From: Candidatus Aminicenantes bacterium
GTDB lineage: Bacteria > Acidobacteriota > Aminicenantia > Aminicenantales > Saccharicenantaceae
Direction of reading: 5' to 3'
Assembly (NCBI GenBank): GCA_963796835.1
Contig: CAWCND010000011.1
Coordinates: forward strand, 6,086 to 70,085
DNA: 64,000 nucleotides
Part shown: positions 33,068 to 42,704 of the stretch, piece by piece
How the letters are laid out: every line of letters begins with the position of its first letter
Position numbering within the stretch: the first letter of the stretch is position 1
The notes under the pieces: model-generated
Database searches by the model: none
Told to the model about the DNA's origin: nothing
Seen by the model: the letters and a program-made list of their open reading frames with translations, nothing else
Made by a program: the position numbers and the translations under genes

Positions 33068-33904
33068 TCACTTGGGCAGGGATTCCCCCGAAAAGTGGAC
33101 GAAGGAGAAGCACTCCGGGATGTGGGAATCGTAGACGCCGTGGCGGTTGAGGGCCCAACCCGGGTGCGGCTCGGCCTTGACGCCGCAGTACTCGAGAAGC
33201 TCGAAGCGCGAGAAATCCATCCGCCAGACGTCCCCGTCTCGGGGCGGCACGGGCCGGCTGCCCGCCAGCATCTTCATCCCCGCCCAGGGGAAGGCGACCT
33301 CCGCCGTCCAGCCGTTGTCGATGTTCGAGGCATCGTTGATGGTGCCCGCCACGTGGACGCCGGACCGGAGCCCGGGGAAATCCCAGTCCATGAACGCCCA
33401 GCGTGCCCCGCGCGGATGCTTGCCCCAGCGGGAAGCGTCCTGGAAGCCGCCGAGGACGTCCACGCGCCGGGAGAGCAGGTCGAGCTCGGGGACGTCGAAA
33501 CGGCTCCCGCGCTTGTAGGCGTCCTGCCAGACGTAGAGGACCTCATAGATCGTGCCGAGGGCATTGATCTGGAACTCGTAGTAGCAATCCTCCCCGCCGA
33601 TGAAGATCTCGACGTCGTTCTCGGTCCAGACGAAGGAATCGCGCTCGGTCAGGCGGGCCCGGACGTTGGGCTCCTCGACCCAGAAGGCGACGTATAGGGC
33701 CTCGTCATCCCAGAGCGAGGCCATCCGGGTTTCGAGGAAGCCCGGCGCGCCGCTGACGAGGTCGACGAAGCGCCGCGATTTCGGCGCCTTCTGCCATTCC
33801 GGCTTGTCCAGCCGGCCATCGATCCCGACCCTGCGCGGCGCTCTGAGACAGGTGTAATGGGCCAGGTCTTTTTCATCGCATCCGTAGGGGGGGGTTATGG
33901 TCAT
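33068..33904 (-). CDS. CBM9-like/DOMON-fold carbohydrate-binding protein
   Basis: IDGRLDKPEW, LWDDEALYVAF, DVEIFI, YYEFQINALG, WTAEVAFPW. Confidence 0.8.
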   Translation of the reverse strand: MTITPPYGCDEKDLAHYTCLRAPRRVGIDGRLDKPEWQKAPKSRRFVDLVSGAPGFLETRMASLWDDEALYVAFWVEEPNVRARLTERDSFVWTENDVEIFIGGEDCYYEFQINALGTIYEVLYVWQDAYKRGSRFDVPELDLLSRRVDVLGGFQDASRWGKHPRGARWAFMDWDFPGLRSGVHVAGTINDASNIDNGWTAEVAFPWAGMKMLAGSRPVPPRDGDVWRMDFSRFELLEYCGVKAEPHPGWALNRHGVYDSHIPECFSFVHFSGESLPK

Positions 33905-34051
33905 TTTCACTCCTTGCCGACGACGCGGCTGCGTCGTTCGAGAAGCAGGGCGTCGCGCCATCGGCCGTTCAATTTCCCGATTTTTTCCCTCGTCCCGACG
34001 GCCCGGACCGCCGGCCAGTGCTCGGGCCGCAGGGGAACAATAGGCATGCCG

Positions 34052-35068
34052 CTATTTCCTCGTCAGCAGTTGTTCGATCCGGTAGCCCGTGGCTAGATAG
34101 AACTGGAGATCGAAGGCGTTGTCGTCGAGGTCGATCGGCGTCGTCCCCGTCAGGCGCATGAACTCCGTCTCGATCTCGTGGGCCCTGCCGCGCGGGCGGG
34201 GGCCGGAGTCCGGCCCGAACTCGCGCCAGAACGCGTCCCAGAGCTCCCGGGCCCGCGGCGGAAGGTCCGGCAGGCTGACGCGCGGCTTCCCCTGCTCGTC
34301 GATTCGGATCCAGTTCTCTTGGAGGGCGCGGATGAGGGGATAGGGGTGCGACTCGCCGAGGGCTCCCGAAAAATAATGGAACGTCCGGGCGTCGTTGATG
34401 TACGTGTAATAGATGTCCCAGAGCGGTTCCTCGGACGCGAGCCAGGCGGTGCCGTACTTGGCGACCAGGTCGAATCCGTCCGAATAGCCGACGAGGGTCA
34501 GGTCCTTCGGGTCGAGGGTGCGGTCGCTGTAGTAGAACGGCACGTAGGATTCCGCCAGGGCGCGGACGGTCTCGTAGCGGGCCGGCCGCCCGACGAGTCC
34601 CGGATAGCGCGATTGGGCGTTCGAGCCGAAGAGCTTGGTGCGGGGGTCCTGACAAACGACGAGATTATGGTCCGCGTCCTGGCTCGCCTCGAGCAGGACA
34701 AGGAACGGCTTGCGGCCGTGGAGATAGTCGACGGCGTAGGCGAACATCGCGCCTTCGAAGCAATGAGCCATCCCGGTCTGCAGGACCCGGCGCGGCGGCA
34801 TGACGGATTCGTCTTGGTCGACCGAGGCGTGGTCATCGTTGTAGTAAAGCTCGGTGTCGAGGAATTCCTGGACCTTGGCGGGCGTGTCAAGCGCGGCGAT
34901 GACCGTCAGCTCGTCGGCGGAGAAATGGAGGCCGAGCCCCCGCCAGCGGGCCTCGAGCCAGGCCCGCTCAGCGGGGTTGACAGAGCCGCGATAGAGGCTA
35001 GCAAAGAAACGGAGCTGGTCTTCGGGCGAACGGTGGACGATGCCTTCGGCAGGGATCGGCTTGCTCAT
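34052..35068 (-). CDS. Hypothetical protein with a papain/transglutaminase-like Cys-His motif
   Basis: LDTPAKVQEFLD, PRRVL, AHCFEGAMFA, DADHNL. Confidence 0.7.
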   Translation of the reverse strand: MSKPIPAEGIVHRSPEDQLRFFASLYRGSVNPAERAWLEARWRGLGLHFSADELTVIAALDTPAKVQEFLDTELYYNDDHASVDQDESVMPPRRVLQTGMAHCFEGAMFAYAVDYLHGRKPFLVLLEASQDADHNLVVCQDPRTKLFGSNAQSRYPGLVGRPARYETVRALAESYVPFYYSDRTLDPKDLTLVGYSDGFDLVAKYGTAWLASEEPLWDIYYTYINDARTFHYFSGALGESHPYPLIRALQENWIRIDEQGKPRVSLPDLPPRARELWDAFWREFGPDSGPRPRGRAHEIETEFMRLTGTTPIDLDDNAFDLQFYLATGYRIEQLLTRK

Positions 35069-35231
35069 GTCACCGTCAAATCGTACTCCCCCCCGAAGGC
35101 CAAAATCAAGGCTGGCTACTCGAGGCCGGGGACGAGCCCCTTGAAACCCGCCCTCTGGCCGTTTTTTCATGAATCGGAAGAGCGTTTGGTTTATAATGAG
35201 ACCCGTCAAACGGGCGACGGGGAGGCAGAAC

Positions 35232-35651
35232 ATGAGAAAAGCCGTTTTCGCGGGACTCGCGCTACTCCTGACGGCCGCGCTCGGGACGGCTGTCGGCCAG
35301 GCTCAGGCGAAGGCAGGCGGCGACGACCGGGGCTTTTCCTGGGGCAACTGGCTGGCGGCCAAAGCCAACGCCGAGAAATACGACAACGAAGGCAAGTACG
35401 TCGAGGCCCTCCAGAATTATCTGGAATACGCCCGTCAGGCCGAAGGGCTGGGCAGCCCGAAGCTCGTGGCCTGGGGAAAGAACAACGCGGCCTACATGAT
35501 CATCAAGAGGCACAAGCTCGACCAGACGGTCGACCTGGCGCCGGCCAAGAAGCTGCTTGAGGAGGCCGTGGCGACGGGCCAGGTGACGGAAGACTTGAAG
35601 AAATGCCTGGACTTGAACATCGAGTACGTGAATCTCTTCCTGAAAAAGTGA
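35232..35651 (+). CDS. Small secreted helical (TPR-like) protein
   Basis: GGAGG ribosome-binding site, signal peptide ending AQA, helical repeat pattern. Confidence 0.7.
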   Translation: MRKAVFAGLALLLTAALGTAVGQAQAKAGGDDRGFSWGNWLAAKANAEKYDNEGKYVEALQNYLEYARQAEGLGSPKLVAWGKNNAAYMIIKRHKLDQTVDLAPAKKLLEEAVATGQVTEDLKKCLDLNIEYVNLFLKK

Positions 35652-35677
35652 GGCGCGGCAGGCGAGCTGATCATCTG

Positions 35678-36910
35678 ATGAAGAGCGGAAAGAAGTATCT
35701 CGTTCCGGGCCTCTTCGCCGTTTGCCTTCTTTCGAGCGTCGTCATGGCCGTCTTCAAAACCGTTCCGCACGGATACCGGTACGGCTATGCCGTCGTCCTA
35801 TCGCTGGCTCTCACCGCGATCTGGCTTCTCTCCCGGGCCAGCCCGGGCTTCGTCCTGGGGAAAGGCTTCCTGGCGGCCATTTTCATCGCGGGGCTCTTCT
35901 TCATGGGCAGCGAATGCGTCCTCGTCAAGAACAAGCCCCGCCCGGAGTCGGTCGAGTATTACGAGAGCGTGTTCCAGGCCCTCCAGGCTGGCCAGAACCC
36001 TTACACCTGCGGGACCATCTTTCACCGGGCGGAATTCCTGAAGCCGGTCTACGGGAACTTCAACTATCCCCCCCTGGAGATCTACCCCTATGAGCTGGCT
36101 TACCGGCTGGCGGGGAGATGGACGAGCGCCGTCATGGCCGCCGTCAACGTCCTCCTCCAGTCGCTGGCCTGCTTCGTCCTCCTCTGGACCTTCCCGGAGG
36201 TCAAGCGGAAGTACCTGTGGCCGTTCTTCCCGCTCTTCATCTTCCTCGAGATCCACCTCAACATCGCCCTGACGCTCCTCATCACGGCCCTCATCCTTCT
36301 CGTCGTCGCCAGGGAGCGGGAGACACCGAAGCCGGCCCAACGGTACCTGGTCGCCGCGCTCTTCGGGGCCGGACTGATGACGAAATTCCTGATCATCCCG
36401 CTCATGGCGGCCTATTACGGTCACCAGGTCGACTGGAAGAGGCCGAAGACGCTCGGACGGATCGCCGTCGACGTGGGCATCGCTCTCGGCGTCGCCCTCC
36501 TCATCATGGCCCCTTTCGGCGTCGCCGCCGTCTTCAAGAACACGATCGCCTTCAACCTCATCCTGAAGGACCGGGCGGCCCTCACGACGTTCTTTCCGAA
36601 CGTCCTCTCGGGGCCGTTCTCCTGGGCGGGGCTCGGCGGCCTCTATCCGTTCGCCGCGGTCACCATCCTGGCCGTTTCGGTCCTCGCGGCACCCCGGCTC
36701 CGCCTTTTCCCGGCCTTGATGGCCGTGACCGCCACGTTCCTGTTCGTCGCCCCGGTCCCCGAGCGCCAGTACATCCCCGTCGTGCTGTACATCGTCGTCG
36801 TCGGGATCTTCATGGACCTTCGAAAAGACCGGCCGGATGTGCTGCGCCGCGCGGAAGCGGGCCTCAGGCGGCCCGCCCCTGCTTCCACACCCGCAGCCCG
36901 TGGCGGCTGA
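35678..36910 (+). CDS. Polytopic membrane protein, GT-C/GT87-like glycosyltransferase
   Basis: GQNPY, FNYPP and LMTKF motifs; about 11 TM helices. Confidence 0.65.
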   Translation: MKSGKKYLVPGLFAVCLLSSVVMAVFKTVPHGYRYGYAVVLSLALTAIWLLSRASPGFVLGKGFLAAIFIAGLFFMGSECVLVKNKPRPESVEYYESVFQALQAGQNPYTCGTIFHRAEFLKPVYGNFNYPPLEIYPYELAYRLAGRWTSAVMAAVNVLLQSLACFVLLWTFPEVKRKYLWPFFPLFIFLEIHLNIALTLLITALILLVVARERETPKPAQRYLVAALFGAGLMTKFLIIPLMAAYYGHQVDWKRPKTLGRIAVDVGIALGVALLIMAPFGVAAVFKNTIAFNLILKDRAALTTFFPNVLSGPFSWAGLGGLYPFAAVTILAVSVLAAPRLRLFPALMAVTATFLFVAPVPERQYIPVVLYIVVVGIFMDLRKDRPDVLRRAEAGLRRPAPASTPAARGG

Positions 36911-37922
36911 GGTAGATGGGGATGTTCCTGAAGAGCGGGTTGTCCCGCTCGATCTCGCGGACCATCGCCCGCTTCACCTGGGAGACATCTCCGCCGAGGA
37001 TCGTGACCGAGCCGCCGTCGCCGCCCGCCCCGTTGACCTTCCAACCCAGGGCCCCGTGGGCCCGGGCGATGTCGATCACCCGCTGGTGCTCGGGGCTGAC
37101 CAGGGCCGGATGGAGGCGGCGCTGCGCTTCGGTGTTGTCGATCATCGCCCGGCCCAGCGCGGCGAAGTCGCCGGCGCACACGGCGTCGCGCGAGCGGGGC
37201 GCGGTGCCGCGCAGGTCCTCGAGCTGAGGGCAATCGGGCCCGGCGTTCTCCAGCCCCCGGATCACCATTTCGTGGACCGCCGTGGACAGGTGGGATCTTC
37301 CCAGGTAGACGAGCGCCAGCCGCCGTTCGAGCTCCCACCAGATCGCGTCTGGCACGACGATCCGCGAAACGGAGGCGTGCGGATACCGGTCCATCTCGAT
37401 GTAATTGATGCCGCCGTAGGCCGCGCAGAGCTGGTCCTGGATGCCGCACTGCTGGTGGAGGATCTCGGTCTCGATGCGCTGGGCCGCGACGGCGACCTCA
37501 TGCGGCGTCATCCGGCCCGGGGTGAGCCAGTCCAGGGCCCCGATGAGGGCTACCGTGACCGCGGCGGAGGTGCCGGTCGAGGCCCCGCCGGGCGCCTCCG
37601 AAAAGATCGTCACTTCGAAGCAAAGGTCCTTCGGGATGCGCATGAACTCGATGGCGGCCTCGAGGAGCGGGTGCTTGTTCCAATGCTCCTCGGGGTGGAC
37701 GGCGTACCGTTCGCCGTAGTTCTCGGCGTTGATGATGATCCGCCCGGCCGGGTCGAGCCCGCCCTCGGGAAAGACGGCGATCTGGGCCTCGGCGTAGGGA
37801 TACACGCCGATGTTGAAGATGCGCCCGTGGCCGGCAAACCACGTGTCGGTCCAGCCGCCGTTGTCGCAGACGCGGATGGGCGCGACGCTGTTGATGATGG
37901 TCAGGGGCTCGCGTGGGGGCAT
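36864..37922 (-). CDS. GHMP-family sugar kinase (HddA-like heptose-phosphate kinase)
   Basis: APIR..GGWTD, PGGASTGTS, GIQDQ...GG, KVNGAGGDGG. Confidence 0.85.
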   Translation of the reverse strand: MPPREPLTIINSVAPIRVCDNGGWTDTWFAGHGRIFNIGVYPYAEAQIAVFPEGGLDPAGRIIINAENYGERYAVHPEEHWNKHPLLEAAIEFMRIPKDLCFEVTIFSEAPGGASTGTSAAVTVALIGALDWLTPGRMTPHEVAVAAQRIETEILHQQCGIQDQLCAAYGGINYIEMDRYPHASVSRIVVPDAIWWELERRLALVYLGRSHLSTAVHEMVIRGLENAGPDCPQLEDLRGTAPRSRDAVCAGDFAALGRAMIDNTEAQRRLHPALVSPEHQRVIDIARAHGALGWKVNGAGGDGGSVTILGGDVSQVKRAMVREIERDNPLFRNIPIYLSRHGLRVWKQGRAA

Positions 37923-37927
37923 GTTCG

Positions 37928-38368
37928 TCAGAACCGGAAGGAGTCGTAGATCCTGACCTTCAGGATGATCTTGAGGATCGAGTTGGTGAGGGCGATGACC
38001 TCGCCGACCACCCAGGCGGGCAGGAGGACCCGGTACTGGAATTTCCTGAGCCGGGGCCAGGGCCGGTCCTTGCCCTTGATCAGCAGGGCCAGGAGGACGG
38101 CGATGAAGCCGAACATGCCGAGCGTCGCGGTCGTGATGTGGAGGAGGAACAGGGCGCTCCGCCAGGGGACGACATGGGGGCCGGCCAGGGTCGTCGTCGG
38201 AGTCACCTTGAACGACGCCAGGAAGGCCGTGGCGACGTCGAGAACGACGGCTACGGCGAGATAGCCCAGGAACGGCTCCTCGCGGCGATAGAAGCGCCCG
38301 CTCGCGAGGACATAAAAATAGAGCGTGGCGATGGCCAGGACGATGTTGATCAGGACAGTCATGCTCAC
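37928..38368 (-). CDS. Hypothetical 4-TM membrane protein
   Basis: Four hydrophobic segments; 5 bp from the kinase gene. Confidence 0.7.
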   Translation of the reverse strand: MSMTVLINIVLAIATLYFYVLASGRFYRREEPFLGYLAVAVVLDVATAFLASFKVTPTTTLAGPHVVPWRSALFLLHITTATLGMFGFIAVLLALLIKGKDRPWPRLRKFQYRVLLPAWVVGEVIALTNSILKIILKVRIYDSFRF

Positions 38369-38430
38369 TCCGACCCGATTCTAGGGGGAGTCTCCCCGAC
38401 TGTCAAGGATGCTTTCTCCTGCGCGGGATC

Positions 38431-38476
38431 AGAGAAAAGAAAAAGGGCGGACTACCCTACCCGGGCATCCGCCCTT
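38431..38476 (-). terminator. Intrinsic terminator of the RRM gene
   Basis: AAGGGCGGA/TCCGCCCTT stem followed by a U-rich tract on the minus strand. Confidence 0.6.
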
Positions 38477-38520
38477 GCTTGCGAAGAAAAAAAGAGTTGA
38501 CCGCTAAGCGATATCAGCGA

Positions 38521-38817
38521 TCAGAACCGGCCGCGGCCGCCGCCGAAGCCGCCCCTGCCGCCGCCGCCGCCGGCCGGGCGAGGCTGGGCTTCGTTGACCT
38601 TGAGGTTCCGGCCCTTGAGGTCCTTGCCGTTGAGCCCGCTGATGGCCTTGACCGCCTCGTCCTTGTTCGGCATCTCGACGAAGCCGAAGCCGCGGGGCTG
38701 GCCGGTCATCTTGTCCGTGATGATGGCCGCTTTCTCGACCGCCCCGAAGGCCTGGAAGGCCCCCCGGAGGTCTTCCTCGGTCACCGTGAAGGAAAGGTTG
38801 CCAACGTAGATATTCAT
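38521..38817 (-). CDS. RRM (RNP-1) RNA-binding protein with Gly-rich tail
   Basis: RNP2 IYVGNL, RNP1 RGFGFVEM, VNEA, GGGRGG tail. Confidence 0.95.
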   Translation of the reverse strand: MNIYVGNLSFTVTEEDLRGAFQAFGAVEKAAIITDKMTGQPRGFGFVEMPNKDEAVKAISGLNGKDLKGRNLKVNEAQPRPAGGGGGRGGFGGGRGRF

Positions 38818-38901
38818 ACTCGTCTCCTTTGACGAAGGGCCCGTCCGGGTGTCACCCGCGACGTCCCCAATCAATAATCGATCGCAATAAAGGAGAGGAG
38901 T
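38818..38901 (-). promoter_or_regulatory. 5' UTR with an anti-Shine-Dalgarno inverted repeat
   Basis: ACTCGTCTCCTTT (38818-38830) and AAAGGAGAGGAGT (38889-38901) are 12/13 complementary; the motif recurs at 58226-58238. Confidence 0.55.
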
Positions 38902-39109
38902 ATCTCGGCTGTTAGGGCCTCTGCCCTCCGTACCTTTATCCGACCCGCGCCCCCTTTACGGGGGATTTCTCGCCTTCTAGACTACCATAAAAAGCCGCGC
39001 ACGTAAAATAAAAAAAATGGACGGCCCAACCAGGGGGTCCGCCCCGGCCTGCGAACCAGGGGGATATTCAGGCATCTCCCCCCGGCCGATTGGTGATATA
39101 CTTCACGCC

Positions 39110-39928
39110 ATGAGTCCCTCAGAAATGGAACCCATCATCATTGCCGAGAGCTTGACGAAACATTTCGGCGACCTGAAAGCGGTAGACCATATTTCTTTTT
39201 CAGTCCACCGAGGGGAGGTCTTCGCCCTTCTTGGCCCGAACGGGGCCGGGAAGACCACGACGATCAAAATGCTCATCACCCTGCTCAAACCCACGAGCGG
39301 CGATGGGACCATCGCCGGCCACAATTTTGTCTCCCAGCCGGCCGAGGTGAGGCGCTCCATCGGCTACGTGCCGCAGCTCATTTCCGTGGACGGCAGCCTG
39401 ACGGCTTTTGAGAACCTGATGCTCATGGCCCGTCTTTACGACGTCCCGGCCGCGGAAAGAAAGGACAGGGTCGAGGAGGCCCTGGCGTTCCTGAAATTGG
39501 AGAGATTCGCCCATTCGCTGGTCCGGACGTTCTCCGGCGGCATGATCAGGAAGCTCGAGGTCGGGCAGGCCATCCTCCATCGGCCCCAGGTGCTGTTCCT
39601 GGACGAGCCCACCTCGGGGCTCGATCCCGTGGCCAAGCAGGATGTCTGGGAAAATCTCGCGGAGCTGAAGCGCGAATACGGGACGACGGTTTTTTTCACC
39701 ACCCATAACATGGAAGAGGCCGACGAGGTCTCCAGCCGGGTGGCGATCATGAACCGCGGCCGGCTGGCCGTCATCGGCACCGCAGGGGAGCTCAAGGAGA
39801 AAGCCGGCCGGGGAAAAACTCTGGAGGAGGCCTTCATCTTTTTCACGGGTGACGCGCTCGCGGACACCACGCCCGCCCGTTTCGGAGAGATCCGCCGGCA
39901 ACGGCGCAATCAGCAGAAGCTAGGATGA
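39110..39928 (+). CDS. ABC-2 exporter ATP-binding protein (DrrA-like)
   Basis: GPNGAGKTT, FSGGM, LDEPTSGLDP, TTHNM. Confidence 0.95.
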   Translation: MSPSEMEPIIIAESLTKHFGDLKAVDHISFSVHRGEVFALLGPNGAGKTTTIKMLITLLKPTSGDGTIAGHNFVSQPAEVRRSIGYVPQLISVDGSLTAFENLMLMARLYDVPAAERKDRVEEALAFLKLERFAHSLVRTFSGGMIRKLEVGQAILHRPQVLFLDEPTSGLDPVAKQDVWENLAELKREYGTTVFFTTHNMEEADEVSSRVAIMNRGRLAVIGTAGELKEKAGRGKTLEEAFIFFTGDALADTTPARFGEIRRQRRNQQKLG

Positions 39929-40710
39929 AAAACATGCTGAAATATGTTCTTGAAAGCATCAAAAAAGCGGCGGTCATCGCCGGGACGGAAACACGGAAAC
40001 TCCTCCATGACCCGACGGAGCTCGTTTCACGCGCCTTTCAGCCCATCCTCTGGCTCGGCATCTTCGGCGAGGCCTTGAGCAAGGTCCGGGCCATCCCGAC
40101 CGGAGGCGTCACGTATCTCCAGTTCATCACTCCGGGGATCCTGACGCAGTCGGTGACCTTCGTGGCGATCTTTTACGGGCTTTATATCATCATGGACCGG
40201 GACGCCGGCATTCTCCAGAAATTCCTGGTGACCCCCACACCCCGCTTGGCCCTGGTTTGGGGCAAGATGCTCTCGGCGACGGTCCGGGGGCTCAGCCAGG
40301 CCCTGATCGTCCTCATCTTCGCCTTCATCCTGCGGATCCAGCTCCATATCGGCTTATGGACGATCCCCGGGGTCATGGTCATCGTCCTTCTCGGGGCGAG
40401 CTTTTTCACCGGTCTCTCGATGATCGTGGCGTCCATCGTGAAAACCCGGGAGAGGTTCATGGGCATCGGCCAGGTCATCACCCTGCCGCTCTTTTTCGCC
40501 TCCAACGCCATTTACCCCATCCATATCATGCCGCAGTGGCTCCAGTTGGCGGCCAAGGTCAATCCCTTGAGCTACATGGTCGATGGGCTCCGGTCGCTAT
40601 TGGTCAGCGGCGTGACGACCGGGGTCGCGGCCGATATCGGGATTCTGCTGGCGGCCACTTTGATCATTTCTTCCATCAGCGCGTACATGTATCCCAAGGT
40701 CGTGATTTAA
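39925..40710 (+). CDS. ABC-2 exporter permease (DrrB-like)
   Basis: FQPILWL, FITPGIL, DRDAG, NPLSYMVDGLR. Confidence 0.9.
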   Translation: MKNMLKYVLESIKKAAVIAGTETRKLLHDPTELVSRAFQPILWLGIFGEALSKVRAIPTGGVTYLQFITPGILTQSVTFVAIFYGLYIIMDRDAGILQKFLVTPTPRLALVWGKMLSATVRGLSQALIVLIFAFILRIQLHIGLWTIPGVMVIVLLGASFFTGLSMIVASIVKTRERFMGIGQVITLPLFFASNAIYPIHIMPQWLQLAAKVNPLSYMVDGLRSLLVSGVTTGVAADIGILLAATLIISSISAYMYPKVVI

Positions 40711-40853
40711 AATATTTCGGCTGGACAGCCGGCGCCCCTCCCCTATTTCTGCCAGAGCCGATGGTGGAGACCCCGGGTGGAGCCGAGGGGTTGACTCAAA
40801 TTCTCCGGCCGTAATAAGATGGCGCGGTACCGAAAATCGGGGAGGACAGAAAC

Positions 40854-41207
40854 ATGGCAAAGATCCAAGCCTACTGCGGCCTCGATTGCGGAGAGTGCGA
40901 AGCTTATATCGCGACCCAGAAGAACGACCGGGCCGGACTCGAGGCGGCGGCGAAAAAATGGACTGAACAGTTCGGCGCCAAGAACATCAGCGTGGAGATG
41001 TGCATTTGCGACGGCTGCCCGACGGGGAAAAGGACGAGCACGGCCCATGCCGCGACCTGCGCGATCAGGCTCTGCGCGTCCGCGCGCGGGGTCACGACCT
41101 GCGCCCATTGCCAGGACTACGGTTGCCCGACGCTGCAGGGATTTTTCGCCTTCGCCCCGGTCCTCAAGGAGAAACTGGAGGCGATCCGGAAAGATATCGG
41201 AAAGTAG
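40854..41207 (+). CDS. DUF3795-like Cys-rich protein
   Basis: AYCGLDCGEC, CDGC, CAIRLC, CAHCQDYGC. Confidence 0.8.
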   Translation: MAKIQAYCGLDCGECEAYIATQKNDRAGLEAAAKKWTEQFGAKNISVEMCICDGCPTGKRTSTAHAATCAIRLCASARGVTTCAHCQDYGCPTLQGFFAFAPVLKEKLEAIRKDIGK

Positions 41208-41231
41208 GCCGGCCTGACCCACCCGCATCTT

Positions 41232-42020
41232 ATGATGAGAAGCCAACTTAGGATCCCGTCCTTGATCCGCGTGGTCCTTCCGGTTTGTCTCCTGACGTTT
41301 CTCGGCGGTCAGTCGCGCCGGCCCATCGACGTTTACGACGGATTTGAATCACCCGAGTTGAGCAAGGTCTGGAGCCCCGAGCGATTTCTTCCCGGCGCCG
41401 TAAAGATCCAATCCGAGGTCGTCCGGTCGGGCCGGAGCTCCGCCATGATCACGCTTCATCCGGGGGATCAGCTCGCGGACGAGAAAGGGTCGGAACTTGA
41501 GCGGGCCGAGTTGATGGAGGCCCGCGAACTCACATCGTGGGAGGATTCGGCCTATTCGTACACATTCAGCATGTTCTTGCCGCGGGATTTCCCGATCGTG
41601 CCGACCCGGCTGGTCATCGCCCAGTGGAAGCAATACTGCCCGTCCGGCAAGTGCAGCCAGGACAATCCCGTCCTCGCCCTCCGTTATCAAGCCGGCGAGT
41701 TCCGCGTAACGTCGCACGCCGGGCCCAAGACACGGACGCTCTTCAGCACGAAAGATGAGATCAGGGGCAAGTGGCTGGACTTCATCTTCCTGGTCCGGTT
41801 CTGCCGGGGGAAGGACGGCCGGGTCATGGCGTCGCTCGACGGCCGCCCGATCGTCGATTACACCGGCCCGACGGCCTATTCGGAAGCCTTCGGCTATCCC
41901 CCATCAAGCCGATTCTTTTTCAAGATGGGGCTTTACCGGGACCGGACGGCGGAACCGATGAAGATCTACGTCGATGAATACAGAAAGAAAGAGCTGCCGG
42001 CTCACAAACTGCTTCCCTAA
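41232..42020 (+). CDS. Polysaccharide lyase-like (heparin lyase I/PL jelly-roll) secreted protein
   Basis: ERAEL, VIAQWK, FFKMGLYRD. Confidence 0.7.
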   Translation: MMRSQLRIPSLIRVVLPVCLLTFLGGQSRRPIDVYDGFESPELSKVWSPERFLPGAVKIQSEVVRSGRSSAMITLHPGDQLADEKGSELERAELMEARELTSWEDSAYSYTFSMFLPRDFPIVPTRLVIAQWKQYCPSGKCSQDNPVLALRYQAGEFRVTSHAGPKTRTLFSTKDEIRGKWLDFIFLVRFCRGKDGRVMASLDGRPIVDYTGPTAYSEAFGYPPSSRFFFKMGLYRDRTAEPMKIYVDEYRKKELPAHKLLP

Positions 42021-42212
42021 GCTTTTCGACGCAAGTCTCAGGTCCTACCGGCATCCGGAACCATCCTCGGCGAAGTGAAGGGGCATGAGTCCCATGGCTG
42101 ATTCACTGAAGCTCAACGGACCTGCGTCCGTGGAATCCCGTGAAGGGATTGAAAGGGGATCACGACTCCCCTATAATAGATTGCCCTTAAGACTCATGTT
42201 CCGCATGGTATC

Positions 42213-42659
42213 ATGACGGGAAAGGACCGAGGCATGTTGAGAAGCGCAAACCGGCATATCCTAACGGCTGGATTGACATTGATCGTGTTGGCATCGGGCG
42301 CCTCCGGGCGACAGCAGCCGCAGCCGCCCAAAAAGCCCGTCCCGAAAGCGATCCGGCTTGATCCGAAGGGACAAGATTATCTTCGCGTCCTCGCGGGCCC
42401 GCCTGAAACGTCGACGATGCGCTCGGGATTGGTGTCGCTGGCGCCTCAAAAATCAGTGGGGAAGCACAGCACGGGAAAATATGAGGAACTGGTGATCATT
42501 TTGGAGGGCCAGGCGGAAATGAGGATCACGGGTGGAGAGACACTGCAGCTGGGCAAGGGTTTCGCCGCCTATTGCCCCTCCCATACGGAGCATGATGTGC
42601 TGAATATCGGCACAGGAACCTTGCGCTATATCTATGTCGTATCGGAAGCGAAAATGTAG
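42213..42659 (+). CDS. Cupin-domain protein
   Basis: HSTGKYEE...LEG, PSHTEHDVLN. Confidence 0.8.
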   Translation: MTGKDRGMLRSANRHILTAGLTLIVLASGASGRQQPQPPKKPVPKAIRLDPKGQDYLRVLAGPPETSTMRSGLVSLAPQKSVGKHSTGKYEELVIILEGQAEMRITGGETLQLGKGFAAYCPSHTEHDVLNIGTGTLRYIYVVSEAKM

Positions 42660-42704
42660 GGTTTCGGGGCCGTCACAAGGACCCGGCTGACCGCAGGTTT
42701 TCTC

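Noticed and set aside
42060-42160. A true CRISPR array
   Set aside because: There is only one convincing repeat-like unit and no cas genes; kept as an orphan-repeat finding.
42020-42704. Cobalamin or NiCo riboswitch upstream of cbiMQO
   Set aside because: Only 45 bp separate the cupin gene from cbiM, and no recognisable riboswitch boxes were seen upstream.
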